DNA from: Eledone cirrhosa | Taxonomy: Eukaryota | DNA length: 64,000 bases | NCBI GenBank assembly: GCA_964016885.1 | Contig: CAXHJY010000366.1 | Location: 29,001 to 93,000 of the forward strand | Direction of reading: 5' to 3' | Notes under the pieces: model-generated | The model's database searches: none | What the model was told of the DNA's origin: nothing | Seen by the model: the letters and a program-made list of their open reading frames with translations, nothing else | Shown: one piece after another, positions 12,801 through 27,100 of the stretch | Layout of the letters: each line of letters opens with the position of its first letter | How positions within the stretch are numbered: the first letter of the stretch is position 1 | Made by a program: the position numbers and the translations under genes

Positions 12801-14828
12801 GTGGTGGTGGTGGCAACGATATACCGGAAGTGTTAACATCACACTCTCTCTCTTTCTATATATATGGTAGTAGAAGTGGTGGTGGTGGTGGCAATGATAT
12901 ACCGGAAGTGTTGATATCACACTCTCTCTTTCTATATATATATGGTAGTTGAAATGGTGGTTGTGGTGGTGGCAACGATATACCGGTAGTGTTGACATCA
13001 CACTCTCTCTTTCTATATATATGGTAGTGGAAGTGGTGGTGGTGGTAGCAACGATATACCGGAAGTGTTGACATCACACTCTCTCTTTCTATATATATGG
13101 TAGTAGAAGTCGTGGTGTTGGTGGCAATGATATACCGGAGGTGTTGACGTCACATACTCTCTTTCTATATATATATGGTTGTGGAAGTGGTGGTGGTGGT
13201 TGCAATGATATACTGGAGGTGTTGACATCACACTCTCTCTTTCTATATATATGGTAGTAGAAGTCGTGGTGTTGGTGGCAATGATATACCAGAAGTGTTG
13301 ACATCACACTCTCTCTTTCTATATATATGGTAGTGGAAGTGGTGGTGGTGGTTGTAATGATATACTGGAGGTGTTGACATCACACTCTCTCTTTCTATAT
13401 ATATGGTAGTTGAAGTGGTGGTGGCAATGATATACCGGAAGTGTTGACATCACACTCTCTCTTTCTATATATATGGTAGTTGAAGTGATGGTGGTGGTGG
13501 TGGCAATGATATACCGGAAGTGTTGACATCACTCTCTCTCTTTCTGTATATATGGTAGTAGAAGTGGTGGTGGTGGTGGTAACGATATACCGGAAGTGTT
13601 GACATCACACTCTCTCTTTCTATATATATGGTAGTAGAAGTGGTGGTGGTGGTGGTAACGATATACCGGAAGTGTTGACATCACAATCTCTCTTTCTATA
13701 TATATGGTAGTAGAAGTGGTGGTGGTGGTGGTGGCAATGAAATACCGGAAGTGTTGATATCACACTCTCTCTTTCTATATATATGGTAGTGGAAGAGGTG
13801 GTGGTGGTGGCAATGATATACCGGAAGTGTTGATATCACACTCTCTCTTTCTATATATATGGTAGTGGAAGTGGTGGTGGTGGTGGTAATGATATACCGG
13901 AAGTGTTGACATCACACTCTCTCTTTCTATATATATGGTAGTGGAAGAGGTGGTGGTGGTGGCAATGATATACCGGAAGTGTTGACATCACACTCTCTCT
14001 TTCTATATATATGGTAGTTGAAGTGGTGGTGGTGGTGGCAATGATATACCGGAAGTGTTGACATCACACTCTCTCTCTTTCTATATATATGGTAGTTGAA
14101 GGGGTGGTGGTGGTGGTAATGATATACCGGAAGTGTTGACATCACACTCTCTCTTTCTATATATATGGTAGTGGAAGTGGTGGTGGTGGTGGCAATGATA
14201 TATCGGAAGTGTTGACATCACACTCTCTCTCTTTCTATATATATGGTAGTTGAAGTGATGGTGGTGGTGGCAATGATATACCGGAAGTGTTGACATCACA
14301 CTCACTCTTTCTATATATATGTTAGTGGAAGGGGTGGTGGTGGTGGTAATGATATACCGGAAGTGTTGACATCACACTCTCTCTTTCTATATATATGGTA
14401 GTGGAAGTGGTGGTGGTGGTGGTAATGATATACCGGAAGTGTTGACATCACACTCTCTCTTTCTATATATATGGTAGTGGAAGAGGTGGTGGTGGTGGCA
14501 ATGATATACCGGAAGTGTTGACATCACACTCTCTCTTTCTATATATATGGTAGTTGAAGTGGTGGTGGTGGTGGCAATGATATACCGGAAGTGTTGACAT
14601 CACACTCTCTCTTTCTATATATATGGTAGTAGAAGAGGTGGTGGTGGTGGCAATGATATACCGGAGGTGTTGACATCACACTCTCTCTTTCTATATATAT
14701 GGTAGTTGAAGTGGTGGTGGTGGTGGTGGAAATGATATACCGGAAGTGTTGACATCACACTCTCTCTTTTTATATATATGGTAGTGGAAGTGGTTGTGGT
14801 GGTGGCAATGATATACCGGAAGTGTTGA

Positions 14829-17800
14829 CATCACACTCTCTCTTTCTATATATATGGTAGTGGAAGAGGTGGTGGTGGGGGAAATGATATACGGGGAGTG
14901 TTGACATCACACTCTCTCTTTCTATATATATGGTAGTTGAAGTGGTGGTGGTGGTGGCAACGATATACCGGAGGTATTGACATCACACTCTCTCTTTCTA
15001 TATATATATGGTAGTGGAAGTGGTGGTGGTGGTGGCAATGATATACCGGAAGTGTTGACATCACACTCTCTCTTTCTATATATATGGTAGTGGAAGAGGT
15101 GGTGGTGGTGGCAATGATATACCGGAAGTGTTGACATCACACTCTCTCTTTCTATATATATGGAAGTTGAAGTGGTGGTGGTGGTGGGAATGATATACCG
15201 GAGGTGTTGACATCACACTCTCTCTTTCTATATATATGGTAATTGAAGAGGTGGTGGTGGTGGCAATGATATTCCGGAAGTGTTAACATCACACTCTCTC
15301 TTTCTATATATATGGTAGTTGAAGTGGTGGTGGTGGTGGCAATGATATACCGGAGGTGTTGACATCACACTCTCTCTTTCTATATATCTGGTAGTCGAAG
15401 TAATGGTGGTGGTAGTGGAAATGATATACCGGAAGTGTTGACATCACACTCTCTCTTTCTATATATATGGTAGTGGAAGAGGTGGTGGTGGTGGCAATGC
15501 TATACCGGAAGTGTTGACATCACACTCTCTCTTTCTATTTATATGGTAGTTGAAGTGGTGGTGGTGGTGGTGGCAATGATATACCGGAGGTGTTGACATC
15601 ACACTCTCTCTTTCTATATATATGGTAGTGGAAGTGGTGGTGGTGGTGGCAATGATATACCGGAAGTGTTGACATCACACTCTCTCTTTCTATATATATG
15701 GTAGTGGAACAGGTGGTGGTGGTGGCAATGATATACCGGAAGTGTTAACATCACACTCTCTCTTTCTATATATATGGTAGTTGAAGTGGTGGTGGTGGTG
15801 GCAATGATATACCGGAGGTGTTGACATCACACTCTCTCTTTCTATATATCTGGTAGTTGAAGTAATGGTGGTGGTTGTGGAAATGATATACCGGAAGTTT
15901 TGACATCACACTCTCTCTTTCTATATATCTGGTAGTGGAAGAGGTGGTGGTGGTGGCAATGATATACCGGAGGTGTTGACATCACACTCTCTCTTTCTAT
16001 ATATATGGTAGTGGAAGTGGTGGTGATGGTGGCAATGATATACTGGAAGTGTTGACATCACACTCTCTCTTTCTATATATATGGTAGTGGAAGTGGTGGT
16101 GATGGTGGCAATGATATACTGGAAGTGTTGACATCACACTCTCTCTTTCTATATATATGGTAGTGGAAGTGGTGGTGATGGTGGCAATGATATACTGGAA
16201 GTGTTGACATCACACTCTCTCTTTCTATATATATGGTAGTGGAAGTGGTGGTGATGGTGGCAATGATATACTGGAAGTGTTGACATCACACTCTCTCTTT
16301 CTATATATATGGTAGTGGAAGTGGTGGTGATGGTGGCAATGATATACTGGAAGTGTTGACATCACACTCTCTCTTTCTATATATATGGTAGTTGAAGAGG
16401 TGGTGGTGGTGGCAATGATATACCGGAAGTGTTGACATCACACTCTCTCTTTCTATATATATGGTAGTGGAAGTGGTGGTGGTGGTGGCAATGATATACC
16501 GGAAGTGTTGACATCACACTCTCTCTTTCTATATATATGGTAGTGGAAGAGGTGGTGGTGGGGGAAATGATATACGGGGAGTGTTGACATCACACTCTCT
16601 CTTTCTATATATATGGTAGTTGAAGTGGTGGTGGTGGTGGCAACGATATACCGGAGGTGTTGACATCACACTCTCTCTTTCTATATATATATGGTAGTGG
16701 AAGTGGTGGTGGTGGTGGCAATGATATACCGGAAGTGTTGACATCACACTCTCTCTTTCTATATATATGGTAGTGGAAGAGGTGGTGGTGGTGGCAATGA
16801 TATACCGGAAGTGTTGACATCACACTCTCTCTTTCTATATATATGGAAGTTGAAGTGGTGGTGGTGGTGGGAATGATATACCGGAGGTGTTGACATCACA
16901 CTCTCTCTTTCTATATATATGGTAGTTGAAGAGGTGGTGGTGGTGGCAATGATATTCCGGAAGTGTTAACATCACACTCTCTCTTTCTATATATATGGTA
17001 GTTGAAGTGGTGGTGGTGGTGGCAATGATATACCGGAGGTGTTGACATCACACTCTCTCTTTCTATATATCTGGTAGTCGAAGTAATGGTGGTGGTAGTG
17101 GAAATGATATACCGGAAGTGTTGACATCACACTCTCTCTTTCTATATATATGGTAGTGGAAGAGGTGGTGGTGGTGGCAATGCTATACCGGAAGTGTTGA
17201 CATCACACTCTCTCTTTCTATTTATATGGTAGTTGAAGTGGTGGTGGTGGTGGTGGCAATGATATACCGGAGGTGTTGACATCACACTCTCTCTTTCTAT
17301 ATATATGGTAGTGGAAGTGGTGGTGGTGGTGGCAATGATATACCGGAAGTGTTGACATCACACTCTCTCTTTCTATATATATGGTAGTGGAACAGGTGGT
17401 GGTGGTGGCAATGATATACCGGAAGTGTTAACATCACACTCTCTCTTTCTATATATATGGTAGTTGAAGTGGTGGTGGTGGTGGCAATGATATACCGGAG
17501 GTGTTGACATCACACTCTCTCTTTCTATATATCTGGTAGTTGAAGTAATGGTGGTGGTTGTGGAAATGATATACCGGAAGTTTTGACATCACACTCTCTC
17601 TTTCTATATATATGGTAGTGGAAGAGGTGGTGGTGGTGGCAATGATATACCGGAGGTGTTGACATCACACTCTCTCTTTCTATATATATGGTAGTGGAAG
17701 TGGTGGTGATGGTGGCAATGATATACTGGAAGTGTTGACATCACACTCTCTCTTTCTATATATATGGTAGTGGAAGTGGTGGTGATGGTGGCAATGATAT

Positions 17801-18194
17801 ACTGGAAGTGTTGACATCACACTCTCTCTTTCTATATATATGGTAGTGGAAGTGGTGGTGATGGTGGCAATGATATACTGGAAGTGTTGACATCACACTC
17901 TCTCTTTCTATATATATGGTAGTGGAAGTGGTGGTGATGGTGGCAATGATATACTGGAAGTGTTGACATCACACTCTCTCTTTCTATATATATGGTAGTG
18001 GAAGTGGTGGTGATGGTGGCAATGATATACTGGAAGTGTTGACATCACACTCTCTCTTTCTATATATATGGTAGTTGAAGAGGTGGTGGTGGTGGCAATG
18101 ATATACCGGAAGTGTTGACATCACACTCTCTCTTTCTATATATATGGTAGTGGAAGTGGTGGTGGTGGTGGCAATGATATACCGGAAGTGTTGA
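14829..18194. repeat. Tandem higher-order duplication, 2 x 1683 bp (22 monomers)
   Basis: Marker GGGGAAATGATATACGGGGAGTG at ~14877 and ~16560. GGAACAGG at ~15706 and ~17389. Five-monomer run at 15980 and 17663. ORFs at 14846 vs 16529 (offset 1683). Confidence 0.92.
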
Positions 18195-21100
18195 CATCAC
18201 ACTCTCTCTTTCTATATATATGGTAGTTGAAGAGGTGGTGGTGGTGGCAATGATATACCGGAAGTGTTAACATCACACTCTCTCTTTCTATATATATGGT
18301 AGTTGAAGTGGTGGTGGTGGTGGCAATGATATACCGGAGGTGTTGACATCACCCTCTCTCTTTCTATATATCTGGTAGTTGAAGTAATTGTGGTGGTAGT
18401 GGAAATGATATACCGGAAGTGTTGACATCACACTCTCTCTTTCTATATATATGGTAGTGGAAGAGGTGGTGGTGGTGGCAATGCTATACCGGAAGTGTTG
18501 ACATCACACTCTCTCTTTCTATATATATGGTAGTTGAAGTGGTGGTGGTGGTGGCAATGATATACCGGAGGTGTTGACATCACACTCTCTCTTTCTATAT
18601 ATCTGGTAGTTGAAGTAATGGTGGTGGTGGTGGAAATGATATACCGGAAGTGTTGACATCACACTCTCTCTTTCTATATATATGGTAGTGGAAGAGGTGG
18701 TGGTGGTGGCAATGACATACCGGAAGTGTTAACATCACAGTCTCTCTTTCTATATATATGGTAGTTGAAGTGGTGGTGGTGGTGGCAATGATATACCGGA
18801 GGTGTTGACATCACACTCTCTCTTTCTATATATCTGGTAGTTGAAGTAATGGTGGTGGTAGTGGAAATGATATACCGGAAGGGTTGACATCACACTCTCT
18901 CTTTCTATATATATGGTAGTTGAAGTGATGGTGGTGGTGGTGGCAATGATATACCGGTAGTGTTGACATCACACTCTCTCTTTCTATATATATGGTAGTG
19001 GAAGTGGTGGTGGTGGTGGCAATGATATACCGGAAGTGTTGACATCACACTCTCTCTTTCTATATATATGGTAGTGGAAGAGGTGGTGGTGGTGGCAATG
19101 CTATACCGGAAGTGTTGACATCACACTCTCTCTTTCTATATATATGGTAGTTGAAGTGGTGGTGGTGGTGGCAATGATATACCGGAAGTGTTGACATCAC
19201 ACTCTCTCTTTCTATATATATGGTAGTTGAAGTGGTGGTGGTGGTGGCAATGATATACCGGAAGTGTTGACATCACACTCTCTCTTTCTATATATATGGT
19301 AATAGAAGTGGTGGTGGTGGTTGCAATGATATACCGGAAGTGTTGATATCACACTCTCTCTTTCTATATATATGGTAGTGGAAGTGGTGGTGGTGGTGGC
19401 AACGATATACCGGAGGTGTTGACATCACACTCTCTCTCTTTCTATGTATATGGTAGTGGAAGTGGTGGTGGTGGTGGCAACGATATACCGGAGGTGTTGA
19501 CATCACACTCTCTCTTTCTATATATATATGGTAGTGGATGTGGTGGTGCTGGTGGTGGTGGCAATGATATACCGGAGGTGTTGACATCACACTCTCTCTT
19601 TCTATATATATGGTAGTAGAAGTGGTGGTGGTGGCAATGATATACCGGAAGTGTTGATATCACACTCTCTCCTTCTATATATATGGTAGTAGAAGTGGTG
19701 GTGGTGGTTGTGGCAATGATATACCGGAAGTGTTGACATCACACTCTCTCTTTCTATATATATGGTAGTGGAAGTGGTGGTGGTGGTGGCAACGATATAC
19801 CGGAGGTGTTGACATCACACTCTCTCTTTCTATATATCTGGTAGTTGAAGTAATGGTGGTGGTGGTGTCAATGATATACCGGAAGTGGTGACATCACACT
19901 CTCTCTTTCTATATATATGGTAGTAGAAGAGGTGGTGGTGGTGGCAATGATATACCGGAGGTGTTGACATCACACTCTCTCTTTCTACATATATGGTAGG
20001 TGAAGTGGTGGTGGTGCTGGCAATGATATACCGGAAGTGTTGACATCACACTCTCTCTTTCTATATATATGGTAGGTGAAGTGGAGGTGGTGGTGGCAAT
20101 GATATACCGGAAGTGTTGACATCACACTCTCTCTCTTTCTATATATATGGTAGTGGAAGTGGTGGTGGTAGTGACAACGATATACCGGAAGTGTTGACAT
20201 CACACTCTCTCTCTTTCTATATATATGGTAGTAGAAGTGGTGGTGGTGGTGGTGGCAATGATATACCGGAGGTGTTGACATCACACTCTCTCTTTGTATA
20301 TATATATGGTAGTGGATGTGGTGGTGCTGGTGGTGGTGGCAATGATATACCGGAAGTGTTGACATCACACTCTCTCTTTCTATATATCTGGAAGTTGAAG
20401 TGTTGGTGGTGGTTGTGGCAATGATATACCGGAAGTGTCGACATCACACTCTTTCTTTCTATATATATGGTAGTGGAAGTGGTGGTGGTGGTGGCAATGA
20501 TATACCGGAAGTGTTGACATCACACTCTCACTTTCTATATATATATGGTAGTGGAAGTGGTGGTGGTGGTGGCAATGATATACCGGAAGTGTTGACATCA
20601 CACTCTCTCTTTCTATATATATGGTAGTGGAAGAGGTGGTGGTGGTGTCAATGATATACCGGAAGTGTTGACATCACACTCTCTCTTTCTATATATATGG
20701 AAGTTGAAGTGGTGGTGGTGGTGGCAATGATATACCGGAGGTGTTGACATCACACTCTCTCTTTCTATATATCTGGTAGTTGAAGTAATGGTGGTGGTGG
20801 TGGAAATGATATACCGGAGGTGTTGACATCATACTCTCTCTTTCTATATATATGGTAGTAGAAGTGGTGGTGGTGGTGGCAATGATATACCGGAGGTGTT
20901 GACATCACACTCTCTCTTTTTATATATATGGTAGTGGAAGTGGTGGTGGTGGTGGCAATGATATACCGGAGGTGTTGACATCACACTCTCTCTTTCTATA
21001 TATATGGTAGTGGAAGTGGTGGTGGTGGTGGCAATGATGTACCGGAAGTGTTGACATCACACTCTCTCTTTCTATATATATGGTAGTTGAAGAGGTGGTG

Positions 21101-24100
21101 GTGGTGGCAATGATATACCGGAAGTGTTAACATCACACTCTCTCTTTCTATATATATGGTAGTTGAAGTGGTGGTGGTGGTGGCAATGATATACCGGAGG
21201 TGTTGACATCACACTCTCTCTTTCTATATATATGGTAGTTGAAGTGATGGTGGTGGTGGTGGCAATGATATACCGGTAGTGTTGACATCACACTCTCTCT
21301 TTCTATATATATGGTAGTGGAAGTGGTGGTGGTGGTGGCAATGATATACCGGAGGTGTTGACATCACACTCTCTCTTTCTATATATATGGTAGTGGAAGA
21401 GGTGGTGGTGGTGGCAATGATATACCGGAGGTGTTGACATCACACTCACTCTTTCTATATATATGGTAGTGGAAGTGGTGGTGGTGGTGGCAATGATATA
21501 CCGGAAGTGTTGACATCACACTCTCTCTTTCTATATATATGGTAGTTGAAGTGGTGGTGGTGGTGGCAATGATATACCGGAGGTGTTGACATCACACTCT
21601 CTCTTTCTATATATATGGTAGTGGAAGTGGTGGTGGTGGTGGCAATGATATACCGGAAGTGTTGACATCACACTCTCTCTTTCTATATATATGGTAGTGG
21701 AAGTGGTGGTGGTGGTGGCAATGCTATACCGGAAGTGTTGACATCACACTCTCTCTTTCTATATATATAGTAGTTGAAGTGGTGGTGGTTGTGGCAATGA
21801 TATACCGGAGGTGTTGACATCACACTCTCTCTTTCTATATATATGGTAGTGGAAGTGGTGGTGGTGGTGGCAATGATATACCGGAAGTGTTGACATCACA
21901 CTCTCTCTTTCTATATATATGGTAGTGGAAGAGGTGGTGGTGGTGGCAATGATATACCGGAAGTGTTAACATCACACTCTCTCTTTCTATATATATGGTA
22001 GTTGAAGAGGTGGTGGTGGTGGCAATGATATACCGGAAGTGTTAACATCACACTCTCTCTTTCTATATATATGGTAGTTGAAGTGGTGGTGGTGGTGGCA
22101 ATGATATACCGGAGGTGTTGACATCACACTCTCTCTTTCTATATATATGGTAGTTGAAGTGATGGTGGTGGTGGTGGCAATGATATACCGGTAGTGTTGA
22201 CATCACACTCTCTCTTTCTATATATCTGGAAGTTGAAGTGTTGGTGGTGGTTGTGGCAATGATATACCGGAAGTGTTGACATCACACTCTCTCTTTGTAT
22301 ATATATATGGTAGTGGATGTGGTGGTGCTGGTGGTGGTGGCAATGATATACCGGAAGTGTTGACATCACACTCTCTCTTTCTATATATCTGGAAGTTGAA
22401 GTGTTGGTGGTGGTTGTGGCAATGATATACCGGAAGTGTCGACATCACACTCTTTCTTTCTATATATATGGTAGTGGAAGTGGTGGTGGTGGTGGCAATG
22501 ATATACCGGAAGTGTTGACATCACACTCTCACTTTCTATATATATGGTAGTAGAAGTGGTGGTGGTGGTGGCAATGATATACCGGAAGTGTTGACATCAC
22601 ACTCTCTCTCTTTCTATATATATGTTAGTGGAAGTGGTGGTGGTGGTGGTGGTAATGATATACCGGAAGTGTTGACATCACACTCTCTCTTTCTATATAT
22701 ATGGTAGTTGAAGTGATGGTGGTGGTGGTGGGAATGATATACCGGAAGTGTTGACATCACACTCTCTCTTTCTATATATATGGTAGTTGAAGTGGTGGTG
22801 GTGGTGGCAATGATATACCGGAGGTGTTGACATCACACTCTCTCTTTCTATATATATAGTAGTTGAAGTGGTGGTGGTGGTGGTGGAAATGATATACCGG
22901 AAGTGTTGACATAACACTCTCTCTTTTTATATATATGGTAGTGGAAGTGGTTGTGGTGGTGGCAATGATATACCGGAAGTGTTGACATCACACTCTCTCT
23001 TTCTATATATATGGTAGTGGAAGTGGTGGTGGTGGTGGCAACGATATACCGGAGGTGTTGACATCACACGCTCTCTTTCTATATATCTGGTAGTTGAAGT
23101 AATGGTGGTGGTGGTAGTGGAAATGATATACCGGAAGTGTTGACATCACACTCTCTCTTTCTATATATATGGTAGTTGAAGTGGTGGTGGCAATGATATA
23201 CCGGAAGTGTTGACATCACACTCTCCCTTTCTATATATATGGAAGTTGAAGTGGTGGTGGTGGTGGCAATGATATACCGGAAGTGTCGACATCACACTCT
23301 CTCTTTCTATATATATGGTAGTAGAAGTGGTGGTGGTGGTGTCAATGATATACCGGAAGTGGTGACATCACACTCTCTCTTTCTATATATATGGTAGTAG
23401 AAGAGGTGGTGGTGGTGGCAATGATATACCGGAGGTGTTGACATCACACTCTCTCTTTCTATATATATGGTAGTTGAAGTGGTGGTGGTGGTGGTGGAAA
23501 TGATATACCGGAAGTGTTGACATCACACTCTCTCTTTCTATATATATGGTAGTGGAAGAGGTGGTGGTGGTGGCAATGATATACCGGAAGTGTTGACATC
23601 ACACTCTCTCTTTCTTTATATATGGTAGTGGAAGAGGTGGTGGTGGTGGCAATGATATACCGGAAGTGTTGACATCACACTCTCTCTTTCTATATATATG
23701 GTAGTTGAAGTGGTGGTGGTGGTGGTGGTAATGATATACCGGAAGTGTTGACATCACACTCTCTCTTTCTATATATATGGTAGTGGAAGAGGTGGTGGTG
23801 GTGGCAATGATATACCGGAGGTGTTGACATCACACTCTCTCTTTCTATATATATGGTAGTTGAAGTGGTGGTGGTGGTGGTGGAAATGATATACCGGAAG
23901 TGTTGACATCACACTCTCTCTTTTTATATATATGGTAGTGGAAGTGGTTGTGGTGGTGGCAATGATATACCGGAGTGTTGACATCACACTCTCTCTTTCT
24001 ATATATATGGTAGTGGAAGAGGTGGTGGTGGTGGCAATGATATATCGGAAGTGTTGACATCACACTCTCTCTTTCTATATATATGGAAGTTGAAGTGGTG

Positions 24101-27100
24101 GTGGTGGTGGCAACGATATACCGGAGGTGTTGACATCACACTCTCTCTTTCTATATATGTATGGTAGTGGAAGTGGTGGTGGTGGTGGCAATGATATACC
24201 GGAAGTGTTGACATCACACTCTCTCTTTCTATATATATGGTAGTGGAAGAGGTGGTGGTGGTGGAAATGATATATCGGAAGTGTTGACATCACACTCTCT
24301 CTTTCCATATATATGGAAGTTGAAGTGGTGGTGGTGGTGGCAATGATATACCGGAGGTGTTGACATCACACTCTCTCTTTCTATATATCTGGTAGTTGAA
24401 GTAATGGTGGTGGTGGTGGAAATGATATACCGGAAGTGTTGACATCACACTCTCTCTTTTTATATATATGGTAGTGGAAGTGGTGGTGGTGGTGGCAATG
24501 ATATACCGGAGGTGTTGACATCACACTCTCTCTTTCTATATATATGGTAGTGGAAGTGGTGGTGGTGGTGGCAATGATGTACCGGAAGTGTTGACATCAC
24601 ACTCTCTCTTTCTATATATATGGTAGTTGAAGAGGTGGTGGTGGTGGCAATGATATTCCGGAAGTGTTAACATCACACTCTCTCTTTCTATATATATGGT
24701 AGTTGAAGTGGTGGTGGTGGTGGCAATGATATACCGGAGGTGTTGACATCACACTCTCTCTTTCTATATATCTGGTAGTCGAAGTAATGGTGGTGGTAGT
24801 GGAAATGATATACTGGAAGTGTTGACATCACACTCTCTCTTTCTATATATATGGTAGTGGAAGAGGTGGTGGTGGTGGCAATGCTATACCGGAAGTGTTG
24901 ACATCACACTCTCTCTTTCTATATATATGGTAGTTGAAGTGGTGGTGGTGGTGGCAATGATATACCGGAGGTGTTGACATCACACTCTCTCTTTCTATAT
25001 ATCTGGTAGTTGAAGTAATGATGGTGGTTGTGGAAATGATATACCGGAAGTGTTGACATCACACTCTCTCTTTTTATATATATGGTAGTGGAAGTGGTGG
25101 TGGTGGTGGCAATGATATACCGGAGGTGTTGACATCACACTCTCTCTTTCTATATATATGGTAGTGGAAGTGGTGGTGGTGGTGGCAATGATATACCGGA
25201 AGTGTTGACATCACACTCTCTCTTTCTATATATATGGTAGTGGAACAGGTGGTGGTGGTGGCAATGATATACCGGAAGTGTTAACATCACACTCTCTCTT
25301 TCTATATATATGGTAGTTGAAGTGGTGGTGGTGGTGGCAATGATATACCGGAGGTGTTGACATCACACTCTCTCTTTCTATATATATGGTAGTGGAAGTG
25401 GTGGTGATGGTGGCAATGATATACTGGAAGTGTTGACATCACACTCTCTCTTTCTATATATATGGTAGTTGAAGAGGTGGTGGTGGTGGCAATGATATAC
25501 CGGAAGTGTTGACATCACACTCTCTCTTTCTATATATATGGTAGTGGAAGTGGTGGTGGTGGTGGCAATGATATACCGGAAGTGTTGACATCACACTCTC
25601 TCTTTCTATATATATGGTAGTTGAAGAGGTGGTGGTGGTGGCAATGATATACCGGAAGTGTTAACATCACACTCTCTCTTTCTATATATATGGTAGTTGA
25701 AGTGGTGGTGGTGGTGGCAATGATATACCGGAGGTGTTGACATCACACTCTCTCTTTCTATATATCTGGTAGTTGAAGTAATGGTGGTGGTGGTGGAAAT
25801 GATATACCGGAAGTGTTGACATCACACTCTCTCTTTCTATATATATGGTAGTGGAAGAGGTGGTGGTGGTGGCAATGATATACCGGAAGTGTTAACATCA
25901 CACTCTCTCTTTCTATAGATATGGTAGTTGAAGTGGTGGTGGTGGTGGCAATGATATACCGGAGGTGTTGACATCACACTCTCTCTTTCTATATATCTGG
26001 TAGTTGAAGTAATGGTGGTGGTAGTGGAAATGATATACCGGAAGTGTTGACATCACACTCTCTCTTTCTATATATATGGTAGTTGAAGTGATGGTGGTGG
26101 TGGTGGCAATGATATACCGGAAGTGTTGACATCACACTCTCTCTTTCTATATATATGGTAGTGGAAGAGGTGGTGGTGGTGGCAATGCTATACCGGAAGT
26201 GTTGACATCACACTCTCTCTTTCTATATATATGGTAGTTGAAGTGGTGGTGGTGGTGGCAATGATATACCGGAAGTGTTGACATCACACTCTCTCTTTCT
26301 ATATATATGGTAGTTGAAGTGGTGGTGGTGGTGGCAATGATATACCGGAAGTGTTGACATCACACTCTCTCTTTCTATATATATGGTAGTGGAAGAGGTG
26401 GTGGTGGTGGCAATGCTATACCGGAAGTGTTGACATCACACTCTCTCTTTCTATATATATGGTAGTGGAAGAGGTGGTGGTGGTGGCAATGCTATACCGG
26501 AAGTGTTGACATCACACTCTCTCTTTCTATATATATGGTAGTTGAAGTGGTGGTGGTGGTGGCAATGATATACCGGAAGTGTTGACATCACACTCTCTCT
26601 TTCTATATATATGGTAGTTGAAGTGGTGGTGGTGGTGGCAATGATATACCGGAAGTGTTGACATCACACTCTCTCTTTCTATATATATGGTAATAGAAGT
26701 GGTGGTGGTGGTTGCAATGATATACCGGAAGTGTTGATATCACACTCTCTCTTTCTATATATATGGTAGTGGAAGTGGTGGTGGTGGTGGCAACGATATA
26801 CCGGAGGTGTTGACATCACACTCTCTCTCTTTCTATGTATATGGTAGTGGAAGTGGTGGTGGTGGTGGCAACGATATACCGGAGGTGTTGACATCACACT
26901 CTCTCTTTCTATATATATATGGTAGTGGATGTGGTGGTGCTGGTGGTGGTGGCAATGATATACCGGAGGTGTTGACATCACATTCTCTCTTTCTATATAT
27001 ATGGTAGTAGAAGTGGTGGTGGTGGCAATGATATACCGGAAGTGTTGATATCACACTCTCTCTTTCTATATATATGGTAGTAGAAGTGGTGGTGGTGGTG

